Positions 1-13,300 of a stretch of DNA of 64,000 bases are shown piece by piece. Each line of letters begins with the position of its first letter. The stretch's first letter is position 1. Under the pieces are notes generated by a model. The model was not told the DNA's origin. It searched no databases and worked only from the letters and a program-made list of their open reading frames with translations. The DNA comes from Balanoglossus misakiensis (Eukaryota > Animalia > Hemichordata). The position numbers and the translations under genes are program-made. The DNA lies in the NCBI GenBank assembly GCA_040954595.2, contig CM082585.2, positions 4,737,358 through 4,801,357 of the forward strand. The letters run 5' to 3'.

Positions 1-1559
1 CACCCTGTCACATGGTTCCAACTCTGGATGAATCTTTCATGGACAGTCAGTCATGAAACATTTCTTTTTTAGAGTGTCATTTAAACCATGCACACAATCA
101 AATGTTTTCTCTTGCTGCAAAGAGTGTGCAAATAGTCAATTCTTTTGGGTGAATGGCCACTACAGATACAATCAAGAGTTTTATTATATTCTGCATAAAT
201 AACAATTCCAAAAACTAACATACAAAACATGGTAAATTCCACCGTGACTTCTACAGGTTAATTCTCATTAACAACCAAACATTTATCTGTTTGTTTGTTT
301 GTTTGTTTGTATAAGGAAACCTCACATTACATTTCAATTTATGTGACATTTTTCTCATGCTCCTCCTTCATTGCTTACAGTATGGAGACACACATTTGCA
401 CTCTGCAGCAAGGTTTGGTGATGAAGGCCGTGTCAGATTGTTATTGGAACACAAAGCTGATGTATACCATACAAAACAAGGTAAATACCAACCTGACTTC
501 TACAGGTTATTACTACTCAACACAATCATAAACATTTGTTTGTTTGTTTGTTTATTTATTTGCTTTGTTTAAAGGAAATCTCACATTACATTTCAATTTT
601 TGTGATATTGTTCTCATGCTCCTCCTTCATTACTTACAGTATGGAGACACACCTTTGCACTCTGCAGCAAGGTTTGGTGATGAAGGCCGTGTCAGATTGT
701 TATTGGAACACAAAGCTGATGCTAACATACGAAACAGGGTAAATTCCACCATGACTTCTACAGGTTATTGCTACTCAACACAATCATAAACATTTGTTTG
801 TTTGTTTGTTTATTTATTTGCTTTGTTTAAAGGAAATCTCACATTACATTTCAATTTTTGTGATATTGTTCTCATGCTCCTCCTTCATTACTTACAGTAT
901 GGAGACACACCTTTGCACTCTGCAGCAAGGTTTGGTGATGAAGGCCGTGTCAGTTTGTTATTGGAACACAAAGCTGATGCTAACATACAAAACAAGGTAA
1001 ATACCAACCTGACTTCTACAGGTTATTGCTACTCAACACAATCATAAACATTTGTTTGTTTGTTTGTTTATTTATTTGCTTTGTTTAAAGGAAATCTCAC
1101 ATTACATTTCAATTTTTGTGATATTGTTCTCATGCTCCTCCTTCATTACTTACAGTATGGAGACACACCTTTGCACTCTGCAGCAAGGTTTGGTGATGAA
1201 GGCCGTGTCAGATTGTTATTGGAACACAAAGCTGATGCTAACATACGAAACAGGGTAAATTCCACCATGACTTCTACAGGTTAATTCTATCAGTGTGGAA
1301 AGATTTGTTTGTTTGTTTGTTTGTTTGTTTATTTGTTTAAGGGAACCTACCTTACATTTCATTTTTTGTGACATTGTTCTCATGCTCCTCCTTCATTTAT
1401 ACTTACAGAATGGAAACACACCTTTGCACTTGGCAGCAGCAAGGGATGGGGATGAAGGCCGTGTCAGATTGTTATTGGAACACAAAGCTGATGCTAACAT
1501 ACAAAACAAGGTAAATTCCACCATGACTTCTACAGATTAATGTATCAATAAAGAAATAT

Positions 1560-2446
1560 ATTTAATTATATTATATCATGCTACCGTCCGCAATTCTGAT
1601 TGGACGAGAGCTTAATCCAGCGATACTAAAATTAAGCAATAAACACCCCCAGCCATGGTATATCACGAGATTTTGACCAGTTCACGACATATACGCACGA
1701 GCGATAGCGAGTGCGTATATGGAGTTGAACTGGTCAAAATCGAGTGGTATACCATGGCTGGGGGTGTTTTATTGCTATTATATTATGCCAGTATATTGAA
1801 ACTTTGCATAAAACATTTTAAAAAGGCATTTTCTTTAACTATGATATATGACTGTGGTATATGGCTAATATATCACGGTCACGTGTCGTGTCTCGACCAA
1901 TCAAATAGCGTGATTTACACCATCAATATACTGGTATAATATAATACTCAATAATGCACTGCTGGCAGTGCTAAAACGGGCCCCTGAACTAGCATACGGC
2001 AGCAAAAATGTGCGGTTAAACCACAGTTGCATGTATTTAAACCAAATAAATAAAATAAAAATACTGTTGAATTAACGGACGTTTTATTTTGGAACTGCTC
2101 TCTGGAAATATTTGTCACTTTGCCACGCGCGATGCCCGTCTTGTCACTTTTTGTCGTCTGCTTCATGTTTAATGCTCGATCCCGGCCACTCGTGTTTACA
2201 TTCATCGTCATCATGTTGGTTCACGATCGTAACTTCTTTTTTCTGATGCTGTTTCGTTCAGAAAATGACACTGATATGCCACAAAATCAATTGTTGATAT
2301 AATAGCAATAACCCCCGCCTCAGTCGGGTATACACTCGATTTGGGTACAGTTCGCTTCATATAGCATTCGCCTGACTATATGTTATATGTCTCGAATTGT
2401 ACCCAAATCTCGCGTATACCCGTCTGTGGCAGGGGTTATTGCTTAA
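1560..2446. mobile_element. Hairpin-bearing non-autonomous repeat (Crypton-like class, tentative) with a nested second element at ~1631-1944
   Basis: Long imperfect palindromes at 1632-1780 and 2303-2446. The paralogous copy at ~24140-24695 lacks the 1631-1944 segment. Confidence 0.55.
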
Positions 2447-2923
2447 ATATGTTTCTTTGTTTGATATGCTATGGATCCTTATTTTAAAGGAGATACAGTG
2501 ACAGTTAGGTTTTGTTTTAGTTAATCTTTAAATTTATCTCTCAACAAACAGAACCTATTTAGATTAGTTAAACACCACAGTTTTGGCAAGAAATTACATA
2601 CTCACAAGGAAACTGCCTTAACAAAAATGTACTACCATTCTGTGACTAGTTCTGTACCTCTGATAATGATTCCAGTAACTTTGTCGGTGCGCTGTTTATG
2701 CTTTTGTTTCTTGTATAGGATATGGCAACACAGCACTTCATATGGCAGCAATGGACGAAAGATATAACAGGGGTTATGGAAAAGTTTAGAAACTGCTGTT
2801 ACAATATGGAGCTGATATTGACTGCAGAAATAAGGCAATATTTTCTATTTTCCAATATTTCATTCCATGACACTCTACCATGTTTTCTGATAAACTTTCA
2901 TTTTGTTATGTAAGTTTCTTCAC

Positions 2924-3045
2924 CCTTCTCCACGCAGAGACTAACCTTGCTAGGAGGTCCGACCAATAGCCGCTATTTAGTGGCTATTGGTCAGACCCCC
3001 TAGCTAGGCTAGAATTATCCACTCCAAGTCTCTGCGTGGAGAATG
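2924..3045. mobile_element. 122-bp MITE with 9-bp TSD
   Basis: TIR ccttctccacgcagagact / agtctctgcgtggagaatg; TSD tttcttcac at 2915-2923 and 3046-3054. The empty site is present in the paralog at ~25165-25180. Confidence 0.9.
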
Positions 3046-4989
3046 TTTCTTCACAATCATTGACTTTGAAATGATAGGAAAGTTTATATGTGCAATTTCA
3101 AACTATTATAACAAAACACTGATAAAGCAATATTTAAATCCATCAAATACATGTACATTTGTCCCCAATTCACAGTAGCTTTTAATGGTAAATTGTAATG
3201 CAAGAACGTATGCTCGGGGCATGGTGTTTTGAGAGTTCAATCAAATCTACTGGTACTCCCTCTGTGACTGGTCAGGTAAACTGTTGACTCATGACAATAT
3301 GCCAATTCTAACACTGAGAGTGTCTTACATTTCTATTTAAACATCTTTGTTTGGTACCCTTTTTCTTTTTAATTGACTATTTGTCAATTTTACAGAGGCA
3401 GGGATCGAGTACAAATTTATTTATGATAGTTATGATCATTGGATGATTATAACTCTTTATTTTTATTTTTATCTCTCTATACATTAATGTTCATTTCCTT
3501 TAATGTTGTATGGCATGAAGTTGACATTGAATGTGTGATAGTATCATTCAAAATCTGCTGACAAATATAAAAGATTCAATTGGGTGCATTGAGATTTTGT
3601 TCATGATGTCACATGATGTTGTCATTCATTTTTCATAAAATATGAAATAGAATTGACTTCAACATTATTTTGGAATTTAATACATTTTGAATCATTGAAC
3701 AGATGTTATCAGTTACATTATTTAATACTACTATTATCTTATCAACATCAACATCATAATTCAGTTTTAATACGTTTTACCCTAATAAAACTTAGACCGG
3801 ACAGACACCGCTTGATGTCGCTGAAAATTACTCTGCTCAGAATGTGCTATTGGATTACATTAGGGTGAGTGTAATTTTTTTTCTTTTGTCCTGAATTTTA
3901 TCAATATATAACCTGAAATGTGCTTATTCTTATGAATTAAAAGTGTTCATTCATATGAATGTGATACAACTTGTTACTTAATGTGGTGTCAAACTCACAA
4001 ATATAGCATAAATTCATTTTCATGATTTCTTTTTTATTCAAAAAGAAACAAAATGAGTTCAGTGACCTGATGAAGGAATCAGTTAATACCTTGTCAAACA
4101 AATCAGAAAATTAATATCTTTTCTCATTTTAATTGTTACCCAGAAAATCACTCATTTGAAAGACAGACTTCTAAAGAAAAAGTTACCTGAGAGTAGAATA
4201 ATATTGATTGGTAGAATGGTATTTCTTTCCAAGGCATGTTGTGCTAGTACAATAGTGTAGTTAGATTTTGTGTTTTTTTATGGATATTCTGAAAAACCGT
4301 TTGTTTTCATACAATCTGTTCCTTGTTTCTTGATGGCAACTTGTCAAAACTCAATGAAGTATATGTAATGTTTGTGTGCAAAAATATTACAGTATACTTT
4401 CAATCACACACACACACGCATACACACAGACAGACAGACAGACATAATTGATACCAAGCAAAGAAGTCATGATGAACCAATATCTTTTATTTTTAATGGC
4501 AGCATTTTTTTAAAGATGCACTTTACTTTTATCAAATAATATGATTGTACAATTGATGCTCTTTAATAGGACGAAGGTTTTATTGAAATTTGCCTCGTGT
4601 GTCCAAATATTCATTTATGTGTTTGTTGTACACATTCATATTTGAGTTGTCTGGATAGATTCATGGGGAAATTCAAAATACCTGCCTTGCATTAAAATTC
4701 ATAAATTTTCAAGTATTTTCAAATATTTTCATTGGAAACTGCCCATAGAATTACATAAAGATGCTGAAAATCTTTACCATATCACAACACCACTAGAAAA
4801 CTGGAGTTATTGTCCGTTTATGATACAAAGTCAAATGGATGTTTCTTTTTAATAAGTTAATTGACTGTCCTAATGTTTTATGACATTTCCTTTAGGTTTG
4901 GAGAAGTGTTTATTGTTATAGTTAAGTGAGAAGAGTCAGTTTTCTATAATGAGTACTGGTATGTCACTGATGTGAACGGTTTCTCTCGT

Positions 4990-5081
4990 CACCCTTTCAC
5001 CACAATGGTTCAGTCCAAACCCATTGTTTGCTATGGTGAGGTTGGAACTCTAAAGAGGGAACTGGGGGTCGAAGGGTTCAA
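4990..5081. mobile_element. Short CCC..GGG (TTAA-type, piggyBac-like) MITE; related copies at ~31493-31583, ~34074-34162, ~35425-35503 (inverted) and a remnant at 28234-28260
   Basis: Shared core ccctttcaccacaatggttcagtccaaacccattg...gaactgggggtgaaaggg; ttaaccc and gggttaa ends are visible in some copies. Confidence 0.55.
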
Positions 5082-5290
5082 GTTCAGCTTTGTGACTCTC
5101 ATCTCGGCTAGTATGTCCAATTTTGGGGGAACCACTTGCCAATACTGGCTGCAGAGTATATTTATGTGTATGATCTCGTTCTCGCATACTTCCATGTCTG
5201 AGCCGGAGCCAGTGTTGGAAAAATCAAGTTTTACAGGGAATGGCTGGAAAGATGGTGGAGATGATGCGATTCCCAATGTAGTGGAAGTAT

Positions 5291-5603
5291 TAGTCTCGGT
5301 TACCCAGACCCCCCTGCTTCTTCCGTTGGGCACTCCAGAAAGAGGGTGTGGGGAAACGCCATACACAAATCTCGGGGCAAAGATGGCCGACCTGAGACAA
5401 AAGCGATGCATGATGGTCGACATTTATAACATTTGATATTATGATATGACGATATTAGAAAACTATTTGCCAAAGTTCTCTCTCTCTCTTTTCAATTCGT
5501 GGACAGTTTCAGCAGGTCCAGCACTTCTCAGCATGTTTTTTTATGTTTACTCTTTCTGGAGTGCCCAACGGAAGAAGCAGAGGGGTCTGGGTAAGAGAGA
5601 CTA
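5291..5603. mobile_element. TAGTCTC..GAGACTA MITE, a short member of the family at 32322-33587
   Basis: ~50-bp TIR tagtctcggttacccagaccccc...cactccagaaagag and its reverse complement. No matching TSD; the left end coincides with the end of duplication homology. Confidence 0.8.
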
Positions 5604-5672
5604 CACCAACTGCGTGATGAACAGTCATTTATGTAGGAGGGACTATTTAAATGTTGGTGGCGCTATAGGTTA

Positions 5673-5853
5673 GGGGTTGACCAGTTGATTTTTTGGGGAT
5701 GTTTTTTTTTGGGGGGGTGGGGCGGGAAACATTCTACTGCAATGCCTTGAGAAAAAGAAAGTATGGCTGGCAATAGAACAAAAATACTGTGACAATGGGT
5801 ATAAAAAATTGCTGACATACCCTCATCCCCCCAGAAATCAAATAGTTCTCCCC
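5673..5853. mobile_element. Degenerate GGGG..CCCC MITE with TTA flanks (PIF/Harbinger-like)
   Basis: tta-ggggttgaccagttgattt ... aaatcaaatagttctcccc-tta. Confidence 0.45.
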
Positions 5854-5861
5854 TTATTATA

Positions 5862-6058
5862 AAAGTTTACAGTCACCTCTAATTAACATGTGCCCTATAT
5901 ACCGGTAGATATGGCTAAAACAGCATGTCTGAGTTCTCTGAAAAACCTGGTGCAGCTATTGTTTTGTATGGCCACCCACTGAAAATTTGTGATTGGCTAG
6001 ATCTCCACTTTCCATGATAACTGTGGCTAAATTTACATATTAAGTGACCGTATAATTT
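5862..6058. mobile_element. Old TTAA-flanked MITE (Kolobok-like); related copies at ~33897-34072 and ~42945-43071
   Basis: Shared core gccacc(c/t)actg(a/g)aa..tg(t/g)gatt(g/t)gcta and ends resembling aggtatacggtcacc / ggtgaccgtatacctttaa. Confidence 0.5.
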
Positions 6059-6933
6059 TAAGTTTTCTTAATAAATTAAAAAAAATACAAATCTTTTCCC
6101 GGAAATGTGTGCCAATGTAAAAGTGCTATTTTCAGTCTTGCCTGATAAACAACTGCATTTTAAAGTTTAGAAGTTTCTGGTTGTCTTGGTAATATACCCA
6201 TGGGATCTACTGGGGGAATGAACAGTCTGGGGAAATTCCATTCACCTTGTGTTGACTTTTGATCCCCATTTGTCTCTTGCACGACTTGTATGCATGTCCA
6301 CGTGAGCTTTGATCCATCACTTAGTAGAGTTTGGACATCACCTGATTGGTATGTGGTCCTAGGGCACGTAGCAGGGATATGCATTTATCAAAAACTGTGG
6401 CTTTGATCCAAAAAAACATCGCTTCTAAATGTGTTGCTTTATTTTAATGTCACCAGGTCTGTGTGATGTGTACCAAGAGGCGACTGATTGGTTGGTGCAT
6501 ATCATATGATTTTCTTGATCTACCAATTAAATACAGCCTTCTGAATAATCAGCCATCAAGAGTTGCTGCCTTAATTCCTGTCTATACGTTAGTTCCAACT
6601 TGAAGTCGTGCTTGCAAGTACTAAGTCCCACACCAAGACACTTTATGGTGAGTACATTTTATTACAGTCTTGTGTTAACATGAGAAATAGGAAGCCCCCA
6701 TAGGGAAACATCACTCAGTGCCAAGGGAAAGTTTTGCTATTATGCTTTTAATGTACTTTATGGCAAGGATTTATCATGAAACAGAACAGAAACAAAAAAA
6801 TCAAATGGAAAATGCAATTGATCGACACAATGAATGCACAGGGACGTGCTAGTTAATTTAATTTTTACTTGCACATGCACGCAATTGATATGTTTAATTT
6901 GAGGATAAGTTTCTTTACATACAAATTGATATA

Positions 6934-7169
6934 CTGTAAAACAGGTTATATTCACGACTGGAAAACGGGTTATTTTCACAACAGGAAATTTTCGTGATCT
7001 CTGAAGAGGCAACTGTTATGCGAGGAGTAATTTTCGTGTTCTCGTATTTCACTGCATCGGTATCGCTGGAAAAAAAAATTACTAGTATGCAACTTTTTAT
7101 TTTCACGTTATTTTGGCTCTCGCGTATTTCGCGAAAATGTATTGCTCGCGAAAATAACCCGTTTTACAG
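6934..7169. mobile_element. TA-flanked MITE (Tc1/mariner-pogo-like)
   Basis: ta-ctgtaaaacaggttat ... ataacccgttttacag-ta. Confidence 0.75.
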
Positions 7170-8380
7170 TATACATGGCACTGAAACTCAACATTTTAGA
7201 ATGTCCGTTCCCGTAATTATAACAAGCCTTAAATAATGGAAACTTGCCCATATCAAACCTATTATAATGGAAACGATATACGTGTAGAATCATTACATGT
7301 AATTAATTTGTAGTTTCATTTTCCTTGATGTTCTCTTGACTTGAAATCCAGTCAGTATTTTATTTTCTCTGAACAAACTGTCAGCCTCATATACAGGCAT
7401 AACTCCAACCTCATCTTGTGCGTGGCAGCAAAATGTTCCACTTGAATTGGCGATAATACCCTGACTGTACCGCGATCGTCGCCTCGTGGTACCACCTCAC
7501 AGATAAAAACCTAGGTACACAAAACTTCATTCAGTTAAACAGGTCCCTCCTACTTCAGTGTAACTTTGTGCCAGCTACTATTTAATTATCAACAAAGTTG
7601 TTTTGCAATGACTTTTGAGTTAATATGCAAGCTGTCTTTTAATACTTAAAGTTTAATAGTTTTGGGTGCAGTGTGGCTACGTTATGACATTTAACACCTG
7701 TATTAATCGCATTCGTGGCTTTGGTCCAAAAAAACAACTTGTTCGAACATATCTTATTTGGATGATTCCAGGAGGTGATGGTACGATCAGGATATGTACC
7801 AGCTGTCCTCTCTGATAAGTAGGGCTCCTGGGGTGGGTACTGATGTAATTTTATGTGTTAATAAAGGCATGGGATAGTGTCCTTCATAGGTATATTTTAC
7901 CTGACCAGTGAGTGTAGACATCTATTTTGTTAAAAAGTCTACATTTGGTGCAATTTGTTTTGTCAAAATGTGTATATCTGTGTCAAAGAGTTCCTGCAAA
8001 ATTGAAAACAGTTCTGTGAACAAATTTGTGTGACATCATGATCTTGACAACTAGATTCTAATTTTTCTTTGCATAGTGTTAGATATAGAGTAGTGTTCCT
8101 TATAGTTACTTATTGACTTTTTACAGACCCATGCATGCAGTCTTCAAAATCACATGATTAATGTAGCCCGATGACACCATAGAACTATAAGCGTTGGGTA
8201 ATGGTTGTTGGTCTCAAGATCAGTGCATGATGTTATGTATTCCAACGCAATGTCAGTGACATAAACCATGGCTTCCCAGGAACATAAAGACCCACAAGTA
8301 AGTGGCCTTTGGACTAAGTTGCATTCAGCTCATTGCACCAGTGAAAATATGGTCTGTTTGATCAAGATGAAAACATTTAA

Positions 8381-8602
8381 CAGTGTTTCATCCAGGATGG
8401 CATCAACAGGGGGGATATTTCCCCCTTTGCCAGAATTTTTTGGGGGGAATCCACTCTGGCAAGGGGAATGTAATATATCTAACATGTGAGTGGCATCATT
8501 TTAAGGGGCACTGGTTCCACCTTGGCAAATTAATACTAGGGGGCGCCAACATGTCAACAGGGTTGAATCCCCCCCCCATCCCCCAGTCTAGATGAAACAC
8601 TG
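8381..8602. mobile_element. MITE with CAGTGTTTCATC TIR
   Basis: cagtgtttcatc ... gatgaaacactg, flanked on both sides by atttaa. Confidence 0.7.
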
Positions 8603-9036
8603 ATTTAATTGTAACTGGTGTTTCAGAATAATGTCTGCAGTCTACTGAGATTACCGTAAATTACCACTTTTTAACCATTTCAAATTTTGGTGGCGCCTAA
8701 AACAAAGGCAGAAATTAGTCTTTCAAGAACCGGTGGCGCTTATTCATGGGTCGCCCTGTATACATGATTCCAGTGGACTGAAGCATTTGACCAATGCAAT
8801 TTTTACGGGTATATACATGAATTTGTAGAGTGTGTCACACTGTGAAAGCTATAAATTGACATATTGTCGATAAACTTCATCAACTATATAAAGTTCAATC
8901 AAGTGCAGTTTTATAAATGAAAGGGCTGCAACTTAAAGTGTCTGTGACATGCGTAAAATCACTCTTTGGGTCTTGAAGTAAACGTATGTTACTATCTGGC
9001 ATTGCGTATCACCCTCTTTGCTTAGATAACAGGGTC

Positions 9037-9268
9037 GTGAAGTTTGTTACTTTTTCCTTATTCGAATGTGAAGTTTGTTACTTATTCTTTATTCAAAGCT
9101 GAAGTCTGTGACTTATTCCTTATTCGAAATCTGAAGTTTCTGACTTCTTCATTATTCGAAATCTGATGTCTGTGACTTATTCCTTATTCGCAATCTGACG
9201 TTTCTGACTTTTTCCTTATTCGGATTCTGAAGTCTGTGACTTATTACTTACTCGAAATCTGAAGTCTA
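9037..9268. repeat. ~32-bp minisatellite (ctgaagtctgtgacttattccttattcgaaat), resuming at ~10305-10332 after an insertion
   Basis: About 7 degenerate tandem units are visible. Confidence 0.75.
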
Positions 9269-10304
9269 TGAGGTTATTACGAAAATACCACAAAGTATGC
9301 ACGAGGACATTAGCGCCCAGTATCGCCCGACGCGTAGCGGAGGGCGATGCGCTGTGCTAATGTCCGAGTGCATACTTTGCGCAGCATGAGCGGCCGAAGG
9401 CCGCTCGCGTAGCGAGCACTTTAGATAGCGCGTGTATGAGAATGAGGAAATATGGGAAATAGAACGTATATCTCTATATACCTACGAGTTCGAAAAGTGC
9501 GTCCTGTATCTATGGGGGCATCCATTAATTTTGATCTCCGCCTTAAAACGTGAAACTAATGTCGTTATTCATCGCAAATCCTACTCAGAAATGTACACCG
9601 ACCACAAGACCATCAAAGACGGTGGAAAATTAAGTTGGAAAATGAAATTTAGTAGCGTTTCTGGGCACTTTCTGGACCGATTTCGAGAGCCCGACGGTTG
9701 GCGCCATATTGAATCAAGCGAAATCTTTAAATCACGCGAAATCACTTCGAAATTACTAAACGTTTAACCACAACAAGACTACCACAATGAGAAAGAAACC
9801 CATCGATAAATAGATAATCTGAAGTTATCAGAGAATGGAACGTCTTTGGCAAAGTATTGCAAAGCCTTCAGTTGACCAAGAGAAAGTTGACGAGGCATGC
9901 ATGTGGAAAGTGGAGTGTTGACAACAATGTTAATATGTACACCATAGTTTGCTGCGCTCGCACTCAGGTCAAACCTGTTACATATTAACCTTATTATTAT
10001 ACATCTTACATCTCTGTTAGTTCTTGTGTTGCATGTTACTTGGCTTTCAAAACGCCCAAAATGCCGATACAATCGATCGAAAACCGCTCAGTTGACTCAG
10101 TGAGCAGCCATCTTTCTTTTTTGTTTATGTGCGTTGGAGTGGGGTGTCTTGAAACCGTCCGCATAACAACGCATACCTGTACACGGTGAGTTGGGGCGCC
10201 TTGAAACTTAAGACGTATTTAACATGCGTTCCGTACGTACCGTTCCGTACGGCTTTTTATCGCACGCCAAAATCTATTGTTCTCGGCACTAGATGTATAA
10301 TAAT
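9268..10304. mobile_element. ~1-kb CpG-rich hairpin-bearing element (Crypton-like, tentative) interrupting the minisatellite
   Basis: Begins atgaggttattacgaaaatac; palindrome at ~9291-9379 centred on cgcgtagcg; the minisatellite continues on both sides. Confidence 0.55.
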
Positions 10305-10335
10305 GTGACTTATTCCTTATTCGCAATCTGACAAT

Positions 10336-13300
10336 CGTGTTCAGTCTTTTTTGTAGCTGTGGAAAAGTTTCCCCCTGCCTGTAGAATTTTCCCTTCTAGC
10401 TCTGCGTGGCAGGGCTGTGTTGTTACGGCTCGCAGAGCTAATTCCCTTCGTGTTCAGTCTTTTTTGTAGCTGTGGAAAAGTTTCCCCCTGCCTGTACCCT
10501 TCGTGTTCAGTCTTTTTTGCAGCTGTGGAAAAGTTTCCCCCCTGCCTGTAGAATTTTCCCTTCTAGCTCGGCGTGGCAGGGCTGTGTTGTTACGGCTCGC
10601 AGAGCTAATTCCCTTCGTGTTCAGTCTTTTTTGTAGCTGTGGAAAAGTTTCCCCCTGCCTGTACCCTTCGTGTTCAGTCTTTTTTGCAGCTGTGGAAAAG
10701 TTTCCCCCTGCCTGTACCCTTCGTGTTCAGTCTTTTTTGCAGCTGTGGAAAAGTTTCCCCCCTGCCTGTACCCTTCGTGTTCAGTCTTTTTTGCAGCTGT
10801 GGAAAAGTTTCCCCCTGCCTGTATACCCTTCGTGTTCAGTCTTTTTTGCAGCTGTGGAAAAGTTTCCCCCTGCCTATGTACCCTTCGTGTTCAGTCTTTT
10901 TTGCAGCTGTGGAAAAGTTTCCCCCTGCCTGTACCCTTCGTGTTCAGTCTTTTTTGTAGCTGTGGAAAAGTTTCCCCCTGCCTGTACCCTTCGTGTTCAG
11001 TCTTTTTTGCAGCTGTGGAAAAGTTTCCCCCTGCCTGTACCCTTCGTGTTCAGTCTTTTTTGCAGCTGTGGAAAAGTTTCCCCCTGCCTGTACCCTTCGT
11101 GTTCAGTCTTTTTTGCAGCTGTGGAAAAGTTTCCCCCTGCCTGTGTACCCTTCGTGTTCAGTCTTTTTTGCAGCTATGGAAAAGTTTCCCCCCTGCCTGT
11201 ATACCCTTCGTGTTCAGTCTTTTTTGCAGCAGTGGAAAAGTTTCCCCCTGCCTGTACCCTTCGTGTTCAGTCTTATTTGCTGCTGTGGAAAAGTTTCCCC
11301 CTGCCTGTACCCTTCGTGTTCAGTCTTTTTTGCAGCTGTGGAAAAGTTTCCCCCTGCCTGTACCCTTCGTGTTCAGTCATTTATGCAGCTGTGGAAAAGT
11401 TTCCCCCTGCCTGTGTACCCTTCGTGTTCAGTCATTTATGCAGCTGTGGAAAAGTTTCCCCCTGCCTGTGTACCCTTCGTGTTCAGTCTTTTTTGCAGCT
11501 GTGGAAAAGTTTCCCCCTGCCTGTATACCCTTCGTGTTCAGTCTTTTTTGCAGCTGTGGAAAAGTTTCCCCCTGCCTGTGTACCCTTCGTGTTCAGTCTT
11601 TTTTGCAGCTGTGGAAAAGTTTCCCCCTGCCTGTGTACCCTTCGTGTTCAGTCTTTTTTGTAGCTGTGGAAAAGTTTCCCCCTGCCTGTGTACCCTTCGT
11701 GTTCAGTCTTTTTTGTAGCTGTGGAAAAGTTTCCCCCTGCCTGTATACCCTTCGTGTTCAGTCTTTTTTGTAGCTGTGGAAAAGTTTCCCCCCTGCCTGT
11801 ATACCCTTCGTGTTCAGTCTTTTTTGTAGCTGTGGAAAAGTTTCCCCCCTGCCTGTATACCCTTCGTGTTCAGTCTTTTTTGTAGCTGTGGAAAAGTTTC
11901 CCCCCTGCCTGTATACCCTTCGTGTTCAGTCTTTTTTGTAGCTGTGGAAAAGTTTCCCCCCTGCCTGTATACCCTTCGTGTTCAGTCTTTTTTGTAGCTG
12001 TGGAAAAGTTTTCCCCCTGCCTGTACCCTTCGTGTTCAGTCTTTTTTGCAGCTGTGGAAAAGTTTCCCCCTGCCTGTACCCTTCGTGTTCAGTCTTTTTT
12101 GCAGCTGTGGAAAAGTTTCCCCCTGCCTGTACCCTTCGTGTTCAGTCTTTTTTGCAGCTGTGGAAAAGTTTCCCCCTGCCTGTACCCTTCGTGTTCAGTC
12201 TTTTTTGCAGCTGTGGAAAAGTTTCCCCCTGCCTGTACCCTTCGTGTTCAGTCTTTTTTGCAGCTGTGGAAAAGTTTCCCCCTGCCTGTACCCTTCGTGT
12301 TCAGTCTTTTTTGCAGCTGTGGAAAAGTTTCCCCCTGCCTGTACCCTTCGTGTTCAGTCTTTTTTGCAGCTGTGGAAAAGTTTCCCCCTGCCTGTATACC
12401 CTTCGTGTTCAGTCTTTTTTGCAGCTGTGGAAAAGTTTCCCCCTGCCTGTATACCCTTCGTGTTCAGTCTTTTTTGCAGCTGTGGAAAAGTTTCCCCCTG
12501 CCTGTACCCTTCGTGTTCAGTCTTTTTTGCAGCTGTGGAAAAGTTTCCCCCTGCCTGTACCCTTCGTGTTCAGTCTTTTTTGCAGCTGTGGAAAAGTTTC
12601 CCCCTGCCTGTACCCTTCGTGTTCAGTCTTTTTTGCAGCTGTGGAAAAGTTTCCCCCTGCCTGTATACCCTTCGTGTTCAGTCTTTTTTGTAGCTGTGGA
12701 AAAATTTCCCCCCTGCCTGTATACCCTTCGTGTTCAGTCTTTTTTGTAGCTGTGGAAAAGTTTCCCCCCTGCCTGTATACCCTTCGTGTTCAGTCTTTTT
12801 TGCAGCTGTGGAAAAGTTTCCCCCTGCCTGTACCCTTCGTGTTCAGTCTTTTTTGCAGCTGTGGAAAAGTTTCCCCCTGCCTGTATACCCTTCGTGTTCA
12901 GTCTTTTTTGCAGCTGTGGAAAAGTTTCCCCCTGCCTGTACCCTTCGTGTTCAGTCTTTTTTGCAGCTGTGGAAAAGTTTCCCCCTGCCTGTACCCTTCG
13001 TGTTCAGTCTTTTTTGCAGCTGTGGAAAAGTTTCCCCCTGCCTGTATACCCTTCGTGTTCAGTCTTTTTTGCAGCTGTGGAAAAGTTTCCCCCTGCCTGT
13101 ATACCCTTCGTGTTCAGTCTTTTTTGCAGCTGTGGAAAAGTTTCCCCCTGCCTGTACCCTTCGTGTTCAGTCTTTTTTGCAGCTGTGGAAAAGTTTCCCC
13201 CTGCCTGTACCCTTCGTGTTCAGTCTTTTTTGCAGCTGTGGAAAAGTTTCCCCCTGCCTGTACCCTTCGTGTTCAGTCTTTTTTGCAGCTGTGGAAAAGT

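Larger units (their letters stand above)
381..4114 (+). pseudogene. Degraded tandem paralog of the ANK-ROC-COR-DD gene; ankyrin exons only (5' part extends left of the window)
   Basis: Ankyrin exons at 381-480 (100 nt, +1 frameshift), 640-738, 898-996, 1156-1254, 1409-1510, 2719-2834 (+2 nt AT insertion and TAG at 2787-2789 in the original frame) and 3796-3864. The exon starting at 4046 reads KQNEFSDLMKES, then jumps into sequence matching 30578+ and stops at TAA 4112-4114. Introns are nearly identical to those of the intact copy. Confidence 0.85.
20..5290 (+). repeat. Segmental tandem duplication of ~19640-31793 with internal deletions
   Basis: 20-210 matches ~19638-19830; 1510-4082 matches 24089-26588; 4081-5290 matches 30578-31793. 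All are high identity by direct reading. Confidence 0.92.

Noticed and set aside
295-1540. Short ORFs such as MFVYLFALF..YGDTPLH as independent small proteins (also 20546-24119)
   Set aside because: They are intron read-through around 99-nt exons that have clear AG/GT boundaries.
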